A DNA stretch of 62,981 nucleotides, filler included, from Rhabdomonas costata (lineage: Eukaryota), in the NCBI GenBank assembly GCA_019059605.1. It is 46 parts of 46 records of this genome, joined end to end, with 100 filler letters (N's around TTAATTAATTAA, not from the genome) between each part and the next. Parts side by side here need not be neighbours in the genome. Positions count along the whole stretch, not along the records: positions 50,728 to 52,014 come from JAHMHO010021182.1; positions 52,115 to 53,384 come from JAHMHO010021183.1; positions 53,485 to 54,755 come from JAHMHO010021184.1; positions 54,856 to 56,126 come from JAHMHO010021185.1; positions 56,227 to 57,497 come from JAHMHO010021186.1; positions 57,598 to 58,868 come from JAHMHO010021187.1; positions 58,969 to 60,241 come from JAHMHO010021188.1; positions 60,342 to 61,611 come from JAHMHO010021189.1; 38 more parts are not named here. One strand, written 5' to 3'. Of the stretch, positions 51,736 to 62,981 are shown piece after piece. A model generated the notes under the pieces. The model did not search any database and was not told where the DNA came from. It saw only the letters and a list, made by a program, of their open reading frames with translations. A program made the translations under genes and the position numbers. How positions within the stretch are numbered: position 1 is the stretch's first letter; each line of letters begins with the position of its first letter.

Positions 51736-51906
51736 ATGTCGCAGTCGTCTTCGCCCTCCACCCCTTCGCCCCCGCTGCCACAGCAGCAGGGCCAGGTGGT
51801 CTTTGGAAAGACCCCGTTCAGCCGAGCCTGGCTAAGGATTCAACGGATGAGCCAGGCCGGCACCTACCCCGGCACCAAGTACGCTCAGGAAGGCGAAGTG
51901 CTGAAG
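51736..51906 (+). CDS. Probable first exon of an unknown protein
   Basis: MSQSSSPSTPSPPLPQQQGQVVFGKTPFSRAWLRIQRMSQAGTYPGTKYAQEGEVLK, then an AAG|GT donor. A pyrimidine tract and AG lie just upstream of the ATG. Confidence 0.55.
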
Positions 51907-54900
51907 GTGCTTAGCGATCTGTTTCCATAGGCTCATAAGCCATCTATCCGCCAGAGCAGAGCAGAAACCGGCATTACGATCGCGTTGTTTGCCTACTCCG
52001 AGATATGCCCCCCCNNNNNNNNNNNNNNNNNNNNNNNNNNNNNNNNNNNNNNNNNNNNTTAATTAATTAANNNNNNNNNNNNNNNNNNNNNNNNNNNNNN
52101 NNNNNNNNNNNNNNGTTTTTTTGGCTGAGATAACCTGGAAATAAAGTGACGCTCCAGTGCGACGCGCGCCAGTGGTTGTGGGAATGCTATAGAAATAGGT
52201 ATAATGTGATCGTCTTATTCAATTCGAGCTTCGTTTACTGCTGACACAGGGGTGTTGGGGAGGGAGGGTATCAGAAACCGTCACGGGAGTGATAACGGTT
52301 ACCAGTGGTTACATTTTTTCCTGTTGGACATAATATTATCAAAGTGGGGGAAGGTCCCACAGATCACGTACCCGCCCCAACAACCCGCTCCGGCCGCGAC
52401 GCGGAATGGCCTTCGCCCTTAAACTAATGCTGTCCTGCACATCCGCCCATATTCCAGTCATGGGTTAGTCCTACGCCGGCACAAGATTTGACGTGCAACC
52501 CAAGAATATTCATCTAGGAACAGTGACACACGGTCATCTAACCCCCTTGCACTAAAATAAAGTCAAAAAGTTCGAGGGTGCTCGCATCAGCTACCTAAAT
52601 TTTGCAAGTTGACATACGAACAATTTTTTGATAAGTTTTCCGCTAACCCTCCCCCCTCAACATCAATTGGCGTGATTTCCTCATCTTAATTACTTTTTTC
52701 GCGGGTTGTCAAGAGCGCTTTCGGCAACTACCCTATATCCCTTTCTTTGAGGTTTTATCTGGTCTTTTCTTGTGTTGACAACCGTGAACTAAAATCTCCA
52801 CATACGAGAAGGGAGATTCAAATGTGTCTGCTGTGGTGGGGAGTCAAATGGAGAGGAGAAATGACTTGGTAGGTCGGAAGATGGAGCTCAAATTTTTGCT
52901 CGAAAAACGCCAAGTGCATAAGTGCATATTAAGATGTAATGAGACTGCGGCACATCCTGTTTGCTTTTCCACAACAAGGTTCTCTCAGAATTTATGTCAG
53001 CAACAAGCGCTATTCAGCACGTCGAAAATCCGCACAAAAAAATGCACGGAATAAAAGCCCTGCGCAGCGATCGCTGTGCCGTTTTGATTCGGATAGAGGA
53101 TTTCGCAGGGGTTCGAGGTCGATGCAAGTGTTCCCTGGTACGCATGTGATGATCGGTACGGATTTCTAAAACTGCGTGGCTACCGCAGCAGGGTGTTCGT
53201 CCGAAAAAGCCCGTTTAGCCCAATGGCTCCAGGAAGAACGAATGGCGAATGCTTCTTTTTCTGTGTGAGTGGCTCTTACAACTTTCCCCGAAGCGCCGCC
53301 GGGCCCATAAGTAAGCGGCCTATTTGGACACTCTCGATTATGTAAAACAGAGCGAGTGGGGAAAAACTGGAAACCCCCCACCCCNNNNNNNNNNNNNNNN
53401 NNNNNNNNNNNNNNNNNNNNNNNNNNNNTTAATTAATTAANNNNNNNNNNNNNNNNNNNNNNNNNNNNNNNNNNNNNNNNNNNNGTGTTGGTGTCGGGGG
53501 CGGACCAGAAGCCTTGGAGCCAATAGGTAATCAAGTTCATGACAAAATTAAATGAAATGGAAATCCGTGGAGAAATACAATATACAAGGAGAAGCACTTT
53601 CTAATTCGCCAGAGATGCCACATGCCGCAAGCTTCAAGCCTCCGGCGCAAGATGCTTTGAAACATAGGTAGCGGTTCCGAAGTTGTGATGACTGCAATCC
53701 AAATCAGTTCACTTGGCAGTACGTCTGTACGTGCAGAAAAATTATGACAGACTCCAGATCTGTAGAAATGGTCCCCTGATTCAACACCACATCTTCTGTG
53801 ATGTCTAGTTCCGTAAGTCTTCTGCGCATGGACAGGCCATAAGTCACTGCCAGTGTGTTCCAATTTGCTCCAATCACATGAATCTGTGACTTTAATTTAT
53901 TCACTCTCAACGTCCGCGCTGATAAAGGAGGCCAAAAGTTCCACAGTCCGGCAGAGAAACCTGTACGCTTGCTCCACCTTTAACTGTGAAAAAGAGCAAG
54001 GCAATTCTTGCTCAGATATTCCACCTTTGAGCACACAATGGATTGCGTCTTGCATTGACATCGGAGCGGCCAATGTGTAAAAATCAAGCTGCCCTATTGA
54101 CGACATCGACAGGAAAAAAAATCCTGCACATGTGTACGAGGACTCTGTAGCGGAAGGTGTCGGCTCGGCATATACCTAGGTGCATTGTTTTTCATACTAC
54201 CAAATAAGCTTGGATTAGTTTTCGGCAGGTAGATGGCATTGAATCAGAATTTTTAAATTTGAGGAAATCTGAAATTAGTTGATACTGGATAATCTACTGT
54301 GTGTGTAGCTGGCTAAGGCAACATTTTAGCAAAGCGATGCAAGGTCCTTCGCAAACCATGTACCTCTGACTTGGTAGCATACTGCACCGATATACAGGTG
54401 ACCCTGAGGATGTTTATTGTATTGGCACTCCGCACACTTCCAACCAAGACATCAATCAGTATGCCATCTGCTCATCAATCTGCATATCTCATGTAGAAAT
54501 GTAGTCCATAACGAGTGGTTCATTTCAGTGTTGTATCCAGTGCTACTGTGACTCCATTCGAGTGCTGGAGCTTCATGGAGGGCTCTTAGAAAGAAAATTC
54601 CTGTTCTCGTAGAAGTGTCCATGATCCACAATTAATGGTCAAATAACACAGCTTGTATTACATCCATACAGTACCATCGGAAATTAACAACAGTCCCCAA
54701 GCAATAGAAATACGTGCCACACAGTAATTGTTGAAAGAGTGTCCACAAATAACGANNNNNNNNNNNNNNNNNNNNNNNNNNNNNNNNNNNNNNNNNNNNT
54801 TAATTAATTAANNNNNNNNNNNNNNNNNNNNNNNNNNNNNNNNNNNNNNNNNNNNCCAGCACGGAGTTTTTCTGAAGTCATAAAATGGCTGCTATCTGCA

Positions 54901-56226
54901 TTCATGCATAACATCAAGCATAATACTCTCTTGATGTGGCGCAAAAATCTGGAATTTCGGACGAGCAATTGCATACAAAAACGGGCTATTTTTCAACCAC
55001 AAATTTGCACTGGTCAGCAAAACAACCAGAGGTTAGAGGTGAGAGTTGTTCAAGTGTCTCCCTTCCTCACCGTGTGAATCTGATGGGGCCTTCCATCACT
55101 ACCGCTCGCCGTTGGGGTCCATAACGGTTGCGACACACCCGTATGCACGGTTGCCTGTCATTGAGTCAAGATGGCCTTGGTTCGAGGCGGATTTTCCGTC
55201 CAACTTTTGGCCTTTTGCTTCTTTTGCGGGTCACCCGCTGCCAGCTCGATGTTAGTGAGTGCTGGAAAAGGGGCAAAGGGTGCATCTTAGAAACCGCAGA
55301 ACCAGATGGAATCTAGAAAGCTCAAAGAGCACTTGGACGGCTTCAGCGAAGTGTTCACTTTGTGCATTGTATCCTATCACTTTTGGGGCAACCGAAAAAG
55401 TCCAGAAACACCAGAAAAACGTCCATGAAATCACCGACTGATATACCGCCTGTTCTTCATGGTGTCCGATTCCGTTTGGGATCTCGCAGGATGCGGTGGT
55501 ACTTTTTTGCAGGTACGCTTGTTGCTTTTCTGTCTTCTTCGTGCTTTTTTATTGCAGCGTAAACGACCCGCTGGCTCTCCTGTCTTTGCGCGCACTTGTT
55601 GACACGTTTGCCTCTCTTTGTGAGAGTTCTTTCCTTTTTGGTGAAAGGGTTTTTGTTTCGTTTGGTGACTGAAAATGCGCAACTTCCTCTCCTCCATCTG
55701 GGGTGCTGCTCTAACAGTGGTGTTGGCTTGGCTCCACCACTCTCCAGCAGGTCGGGCGGGTTCATATCGTTTTCTTTTAGGAGGTGCAGTCCATGGCGAT
55801 CTTGAGGGGGGGGGGGTGCGCTGCTCGTTTGTCAGTGCTAAGTGGTTTTCCAGACTTTCTTTCTTAAAACCAACCCGGCGCAAGCACAATATACCTAACC
55901 TCATTTTTGCCAAATAGATGTAAAATGGATGAAAAAGGTTTACCGAACCCCCGTATGCATCAAGTCTCCGAAGAACAAAGCCAAACGCAGTAGTGTCTCA
56001 CTGTTGGGCGCAAGCGCGGTTACCTAACCCCCTCCCACCATTTGTTTTGCCGAAGCAAATCGGACAATGCCGTGTGGTGCATAGCGATGCCGAGCTTGCC
56101 TACTGCCAGACATCATCACCACAAACNNNNNNNNNNNNNNNNNNNNNNNNNNNNNNNNNNNNNNNNNNNNTTAATTAATTAANNNNNNNNNNNNNNNNNN
56201 NNNNNNNNNNNNNNNNNNNNNNNNNN

Positions 56227-57400
56227 GTGTTGTGGGGAATTACTAGGATTTCGAGCTTTTTCTAAGGTCCACACCTCTGGACCCATGCCATGCAAACCGC
56301 GCAACCTGGCCTTCCACTCTGGTGGAACCACCAGGATAGCATCTGCGAAAACCCATACGGGTCTGGACTTGGAGAATCACCCTTGCTTCTAAGCCTGGGT
56401 ATCAACGCGTAGAGCACATAAAGCTCATCATCCTTGCAACACCTGTAAACGTATCTGATAGGTCATTCTTAGTAGTGTATCACAAAAACTGCGCTAATCT
56501 GTAATAAGCTGACATTTTGGAGGAATAGTAAACCATAGTGTCTGGAGGTAGAACATTTTTTTAGGCTGGGAAACTTAGCCACCGGTATGTAACTTGTCCC
56601 TGCACACGCTCGTAGGCTGCTCCAGGGGCCTCGCTACACTTTCCGTAACAGAATACTGGCCTCAACTTTGGAACTTCTGGAGACGCCTTGTAAACTGCAC
56701 TCTCTGTAGAAGACGAGTGCGTGGCTCTGGCCACCACTTTCATCACAGTTCCCGTACGTTGCTGTGCATCATATCCTCTTGGATGTTCCACCAACGGTCC
56801 ATACCCATTTTCAGCTGTCCCAAAATCTCTCCCAACGTATCTGGGTGGCTGTGAATGGGGCTTTGGGTCTCGAGGGACATATTTCACCCACTGCCTCGTC
56901 TACAGAAGCTGGGACAACAATTATCTGTAAACAATAGTCCTCCTCAGAACCTCATTAAGCAACCACTCGACATTCTCTTGTTATGAAACCAGAACCGATA
57001 CCTCAATCTGTTCAACCACATCCATCACATATGTCACGATGGCGTGATAGTCCAACACTGGTGTAATGGTACTCATGGCCTGTGACTGTGGAGATCCCTG
57101 GGCAACCATCCTCCACTCGTTCAACTCCTGCATAGCCTTAGCCATCTCAACTCTTCCATGATTCAGAATAACTACTAGATTTATGATCACTGCATTCTCT
57201 TTCCTATACTTGTACCAATATGAAATCCACTGCACTGCGTTCATCCACCTCATGGTTTCTACCACACCAGAACATCTATCACTCAGTCGCTCTGCAGTCT
57301 ATTTTCGCACATTCTCCAAGTCTGTGGAAGACTTATCAAAAAAAGCACTGCACACAAGCCTCACACCGACTCTGTAAATTTACCATCACAAACGCGTTCA
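56227..57400 (-). mobile_element. Decayed intronless coding-like sequence, possibly a retroelement Gag or other mobile-element remnant
   Basis: Consecutive ORF fragments (57265-56981, 56887-56561) are broken by stops and show no splice signals. No diagnostic motif. Confidence 0.25.
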
Positions 57401-57702
57401 GACGTGCCCATTAACGCTTCTATGCAGGGGGCTTAGGGGTATGGGACATCTCCACAACACTGGAAGCACAGTAGCTCTGAAGTCATTCACAACCCCCNNN
57501 NNNNNNNNNNNNNNNNNNNNNNNNNNNNNNNNNNNNNNNNNTTAATTAATTAANNNNNNNNNNNNNNNNNNNNNNNNNNNNNNNNNNNNNNNNNNNNGTG
57601 TGGTGCTCTTGCGTGGGATTGTGTGTGTGTGAACGTTCAAGCGAGGGACGCAACTTGGCTCGTTTCTTTCCCCTCCGTACCCGTGGCTTGCCCTCTTCAC
57701 CT

Positions 57703-57746
57703 CTGCACCAACACACCCTTCTTGGAAGAAGGGTGTGTTGGTGCAG
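57703..57746. repeat. Perfect 21-bp inverted repeat with a 2-nt spacer
   Basis: CTGCACCAACACACCCTTCTT-GG-AAGAAGGGTGTGTTGGTGCAG. Confidence 0.95.
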
Positions 57747-59215
57747 TCTGACAGGCGGAGATTTGGGGTTTGTTTGCGCTGCCGTACTTTGTCGCTCACC
57801 GGTGTTCTCGGCACGCCTCATTCAAGCTCTCGTGTGCATTTCTCTTTTGGTGCAGCTCGGGGGGTTGCACCTTCCGTTGGCATTTTTTTCCCCTCCTTGA
57901 GGGAACTTACTCGCAGTGCTGTATTTTGTGTCCAACCTCATCCGGCGCGGGCTGGGTCTTCTCTGGCCCATGAAAGCCCCTTCGCGGAAATGGTCTGTAT
58001 CTTTTTTCCACTCCGTCTTGGTTTTTGGAACAAAGGTGGAAGGTGCAAAGGTCGATGCACGGCGCCAGATCGGCAGATTTCAACGATGAGGTTTAGGTCA
58101 GATTTCCCTAATATCTGACAGACATCTGGTTCGAGGGGGGCGCCGATCCATCGCTGAACTGCAGAATTGGTTGTTTGGGATGTGTGGACAGAAACGCCGT
58201 CAACCGGTTTCCGGCGCATATGTAGATAAATTTCAAATTACCGGACCAAAGATGTCACTCTTCACATATGTGCGAACGGGGAGTCCGAGGCTCTTGAGTT
58301 GCAATTGAACAACGCTATGGGATTGTGGCTGCTCTTGGTCTCTGTGTGTATCACACTTGTATCGCACTTGCTCTCGTGCACTCTTCGGATTCGCGGTTCG
58401 AATGTCACGTCCGCAGCAGTCCCTGAGCTGCGCTGTAGTTGTTGACTTTTGCATTGTCGAATATGGCGGATGGCTGCGAGAGTTGTGAGGCGATGAGACG
58501 GCAGATCGAGCAGGTGCAGCGGTGGTACCCCTGCCTTTGGTCCCGCACCCCGGTGCCTAGCACCATGCACCACCCACGATCCCTATAGTTACCGAAAGAA
58601 ATGTCTGGTGCCCTTCTCCCAGATCTAATCCAACAGTGCACACTGCTGGAATCTTGCAAGTCCGAGCCAGGGGAGCTCTCCCACCCTCGCCCCGCACAGG
58701 GAGTTTATTTCCGACCGTCGCCCCCCGGGAGTTTTTTTGGACGGTGCAACATACGACATTCATTTTGGTGTTTGCATCTTTGCGGTCATTTAAATCTCTT
58801 GCATCTACAGCTGAGCCGGGAAAATGTGAACGGCCTTAGGTGAACTCGATCCGGAAGGCCCACCCACANNNNNNNNNNNNNNNNNNNNNNNNNNNNNNNN
58901 NNNNNNNNNNNNTTAATTAATTAANNNNNNNNNNNNNNNNNNNNNNNNNNNNNNNNNNNNNNNNNNNNAGTGGCCAAAGAGAAACGAATTTTTGGGAAAG
59001 GAGAGGAGCGAAGGGAGGGATGCATGTGAAATGTTAACGGGAAAACTGTGTATGGGGTGCCAGATAAGCAGCCCAAAGGACATCTTCAGCGCTGCGCCTC
59101 AGCAGCCCCCTCCAGGGGCCAAAAACAAGGGTTCTTGCTTCGTTTTTTTAAATGGCGTATTCAAATGAATGCAATGGGAAGGGCTGTTAGTATTTGCTCG
59201 TTCCCGCCTTCGCAG

Positions 59216-59580
59216 GGGCCATGATGGCGTCCGAGGACCTCACCCACGTCCCCGGAAGTCCCATGGTGGTGGACGGTATCTTTTGAGTGATGGGTGGTTG
59301 GGGGATATTGCAGTCGAATTGGGTTGAATCATCATCATCATTTTTATGTTTAGATCCCTTACTCACGGATGGGAGGAATCCCCCTCCAGGTCTTTCCGCT
59401 GGACAAACTGTCGTTCTTCGAAAGGCTTCGAAAGGCATGATTATGTTGTCGACGCCTTCCTGTGACTGAAGACCCGGGAAGTGGGGCGAGGTTGGGATTC
59501 TCTCTCCTGCCCGATCGATTCCATCTTTCTCAGATCAAGAGATTGCACCTCCGCCGACTCTTCCAGTCGCCGTGGTGTGA
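59216..59580 (+). CDS. C-terminal exons of an unknown protein (59216-59275, 59390-59434, 59534-59580)
   Basis: Phase-1 joins give AMMASEDLTHVPGSPMVVD|GLSAGQTVVLRKASK|DQEIAPPPTLPVAVV*. The second intron is GC-AG. Confidence 0.55.
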
Positions 59581-61711
59581 GCGGAGCCCTGCCTTCCCTT
59601 CTGTACCCCCGATCCAGGAGGCTGGTGAGCTTCCTGTGTGTGTCTGTGTGTGATATGTGTGCGCGCGAGAGTGTCTCTGTTGCCTGTAATGCACTCGCGC
59701 TTTTCCCTTTGCGACGAGCAGATCATCGGTAGGTCTTCTCGTGGTTGAATTCAGTCCCTGTGCCCCTCTCTTTTCACTCTTCCATTCCCGCTCCCCTCCC
59801 CTCCTTTTCGCCTTAGGAACTCTGGACACCCTGGATTCCTGGAGTTACTTACGAGTCTTCTCCCCTCCCGCTTGCGTTCCCTTTTCGTTTTTCTGCGTTT
59901 ATTTTCGGTTGCGGGGGACGTCTGTGGGTGAATTGTGGCCCGGTTACTTTTGCCCTCCCCAGCTCTCGCGCTCGGCGATTTTGTGGCCTGTATCCCCTAA
60001 GCTGAAGAGAGCAGCCTCATTCTGCAACGCTTTGCGGGTTCGCGGCACATGCTCTGTGTGTATGTGTACGTGTGTGTTTGTGTGAAACTTTGGTGTGTGT
60101 GTGTGTGTGTGTGTGTGTTTGCGCTTGCGTGCGTGCGTGCGTGGTCTCCGTGGTCCCCGCTCGCTATGGTGCTGACGCCCACAGTGGGTGAGAGGGCACG
60201 CATACACCCACTCCTTGGGGTATCCACCCCCACCCCCACACNNNNNNNNNNNNNNNNNNNNNNNNNNNNNNNNNNNNNNNNNNNNTTAATTAATTAANNN
60301 NNNNNNNNNNNNNNNNNNNNNNNNNNNNNNNNNNNNNNNNNGCGGGCATGTTCATGTGACAAAAGGTGTTCAAGAGGAGCTGAGGGGGGGGGGTTCTCAA
60401 TTCACCAGACAGAGATGCATCCTTTACCTTCTTTTCTTTTCCTCATTGGCACCTTGAATACCTGACAATCCAGAAAAAAAATACCCCTTCGCCGCACCCC
60501 CCACCCTGTCCGTGCGGTTTTTGCGAAGCGGGTCCCGCCTTTTTATCTCTTCACCGAAGCTTGATGTGTTGCGCAGCAGTCAAACGAAGACACACATATG
60601 CCGGGCACTGCGGATGGCGGCCCGGGAAGGGAGGGGGTCGAGAAAGACATGGAGGGCTCACCTTCGCCTCGAGGCATATTCCAGTCTGCCAAGTTCTCAG
60701 GAAATTCGCCTCGCGAGATGGGAGTCCTGGGAGGCGAGAAAGCAGATGCCCACCTTTCTCCACATAAGCGCAAATCTCACGCTGAGTGGGATCGCTTGAA
60801 TCCAAAGATTACGACGGCAACCGCAGCGCCAGCAGCAACGACGACCACAGCCCAAGCGGAAGGAAAGGGGGTCTAAGTGGATGACCACACTCGGCTATTG
60901 TTCAAACAAAGTCTGAAATTCACAGGGCGAGCCCAACTCTCCGTCCAGACCGAGCACAAGCACGTTTCAAATCACCAGCCTCTGTTCTACAGCACAAGGA
61001 CGGATGAGAGCAATGGCTGTGTGTGAATTGCTAACTGAGGATGTGGAAGTAAACGACACGTTCGGAGGAGGAGGGGCCCTTCGAAAAAGACAAGGGGTAG
61101 GGGGCAAGGGGCCCGTGCTGAAAGCATCCCCCGCATTGATAGAAAAGCGGAGCCAGACACTACGGCAAAGCTCGCCGTCCCTGCCAGAATACCCATCCGC
61201 TTCACAAGAGGTATGCGTATGTATGTGTGCATACCCAGACGCCGCAGGTCGGCAAACAGCGGGTCGTACCTCGCCAAGTATGAGGAGTCCACCACAACGA
61301 CAACCTCGGAGGACACCGGGATCATCGTCTTCCGCCTGACCCCAACCACCAACTCGGGGTTGAATGGGAACAAGCGGTGCGGAAGAGTTTGTGGCCATCC
61401 TTATGCGGTGCTCGAGCTCCGATGATTACCAGAGGTAGCAGGAAACAGTGCTGCCCGCACCCCGCCAGTGCTCAACGAGCTCTCGGAAGGTGAATGGTCC
61501 AGCGCAACCTCCAAGGAGTGTTTCTTGGTTTTCCTGACTCCGAAAATGGGGAGATAGGCCTATTTCGGGAAGTAGGCCGTTTACGGACAAAGCGTTCAAA
61601 TTCGTCTTATANNNNNNNNNNNNNNNNNNNNNNNNNNNNNNNNNNNNNNNNNNNNTTAATTAATTAANNNNNNNNNNNNNNNNNNNNNNNNNNNNNNNNN
61701 NNNNNNNNNNN

Positions 61712-62981
61712 AGGGATATGAAAATTCTCTCCTACTGCTCCTCTCACGTCCCTCGGCTCGTCCTCCAGCTCTTCTGGCACCCACTCTGGGTATTCTTCGT
61801 CGAACATCACTGGTCAATTACTTTCTCGACCATCTTCACTTCCAGGAATAGAACTCTCCGTCCAGTCCTTGTTTACTCTCCTCGAAACTGGCCTTTTTGA
61901 AAACATCGTCCTTTCTGAACACGCTTATGTTTCGTCTTCAGATTATTTTTCTCGGCTACTTCTCTACAATGACCTCGGCGACCATTCAGAAACTCCTGAA
62001 GTTCGACACGACTGACGGACATCTTCTCAAGATCCTATAACTCTGTGGGGTCAAGTTCCGGTTCACTTGGAATGAACTCTCTGCCATCCGCAGCTTATGT
62101 GTCCACCAGTGGAAACTCTTCTTCCTCCGCTAGCACGAGGCCTCCTGTGGATGGCTCATCGCTACATCCTTCGGGTACCCCTCCTCCTCATCTTCCGGAA
62201 GCAACCCAACTGGATCCAAAACTCTTGTTTCGTAGGGAATCAAGTCACTTGCATGAAAAACTGGATGAGCTCTTCCTCGAATTTCTTTTGTAATGTCCAG
62301 CACGAATGTGTTTTTTGTGATCAGATTAACAATAGGAAATGGTCCCACAGCCTTTGCCATCAGTGGTCAGTTTGCCTGATAATGCCTCATTCGACTGATT
62401 AGAACATCTTGTACCACACAGAACTGGTAGTTTGCTCTCTTCAGATTCGCATACTGCTTGTCCCTCTCCTGTTCTTTTCGAAACGCTTCGTGAACTTCCA
62501 CTCTAACTTCATTCTGAGAATGGTAACACGCACTGCCTCGGTCTTAGCTTCCCAAGCTGGCTTCTCAGTCTATGGCAAGTCCATCAAAAAGACTGGATGG
62601 TATCCAAAGTTCACGTAAAAAGGACTATACTCTGTGTTTGCTATTGGTGTGCTGTTGATTGCTATCTCTGCAAGCACTAACAAGTCTGGCCACTTTGCCT
62701 CTGGACTTGTCAACAACAACGTCCGCAACACCTGCTTCAAAATATGGTTTGTCCCCTCTGCCTGTACGTTGATCTGTGGGTAATTCGGCGACAATCTCCT
62801 GAGCTGAACGTCTAAAAACTTCATCAGCTCTTTCCAAAACAACGAGATGAACACCGAGACCCGATCACTAACAATGGACCTTGGCAAACAGTGATAGCGC
62901 ACCACCCCCACCAAAACAACTCTGCAATCTGCGCTGCGTTCATTGTAATGTGACACGGAATCAACACTACCATTTTTGCCG
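61712..62981 (-). mobile_element. Degenerate Ty3/gypsy LTR-retrotransposon integrase with GPY/F region
   Basis: VVRYHCLPRSIVSDR...FWKELM...NYPQINVQAEGTN...WPDLLVLAEIAINS...SPFYVNFGYHP, then GPFPIV...HPVFHASDLIPY. It carries stops and frameshifts. Confidence 0.92.

Noticed and set aside
53485..54755. Coding-like minus-strand fragments
   Set aside because: I could not build a consistent exon chain or identify a family.
58380..58415. GGTTCGAAT tRNA T-loop-like motif
   Set aside because: No paired T-stem or cloverleaf can be formed. I found no tRNA, rRNA or SL RNA gene in the window.
61712..61870. Chromodomain at the integrase C-terminus
   Set aside because: Only a weak EW-x-PEE resemblance in a frameshifted region, too degraded to call.
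1..62981. Operon or gene-cluster reading of neighbouring genes (for example ART-TPR with F-box)
   Set aside because: The contigs are unlinked and appear grouped by size, so adjacency has no biological meaning.

Overview
The window is not continuous DNA. It is 46 unrelated contigs of about 1.27 kb, joined by 45 artificial 100-bp linkers (N44-TTAATTAATTAA-N44), so no gene neighbourhood holds across a linker. The DNA is from an intron-rich, flagellated eukaryote with short GC3-rich exons, GT/GC-AG introns and CA/GT microsatellites. A euglenozoan, probably a euglenid, is my best guess (inference only). Fold-backs at contig ends suggest whole-genome amplification. Recognisable gene fragments: AMP deaminase-like, ankyrin repeat, RIIa/Dpy-30-motif small protein, LRR, RPS12, DRC1-like, F-box, CPR/PNO-type NADPH-binding domain, eIF4A-III, 5'-nucleotidase-like, SRPK, RRM, and decayed Ty3/gypsy gag and integrase. 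Most ORFs in the supplied track are spurious. The best leads are five: (1) an AT-rich contig (45238-46508) with a Mimiviridae-type AAAATTGA promoter, a 3' hairpin and a frameshifted zinc-finger gene, possibly an endogenous or co-amplified giant-virus fragment; (2) an intronless R-S-ExE ADP-ribosyltransferase-TPR ORF spanning a whole contig; (3) two short dispersed repeat families seen on several contigs; (4) GC-AG introns that look enriched; (5) purine-enzyme homologues with degenerate motifs.
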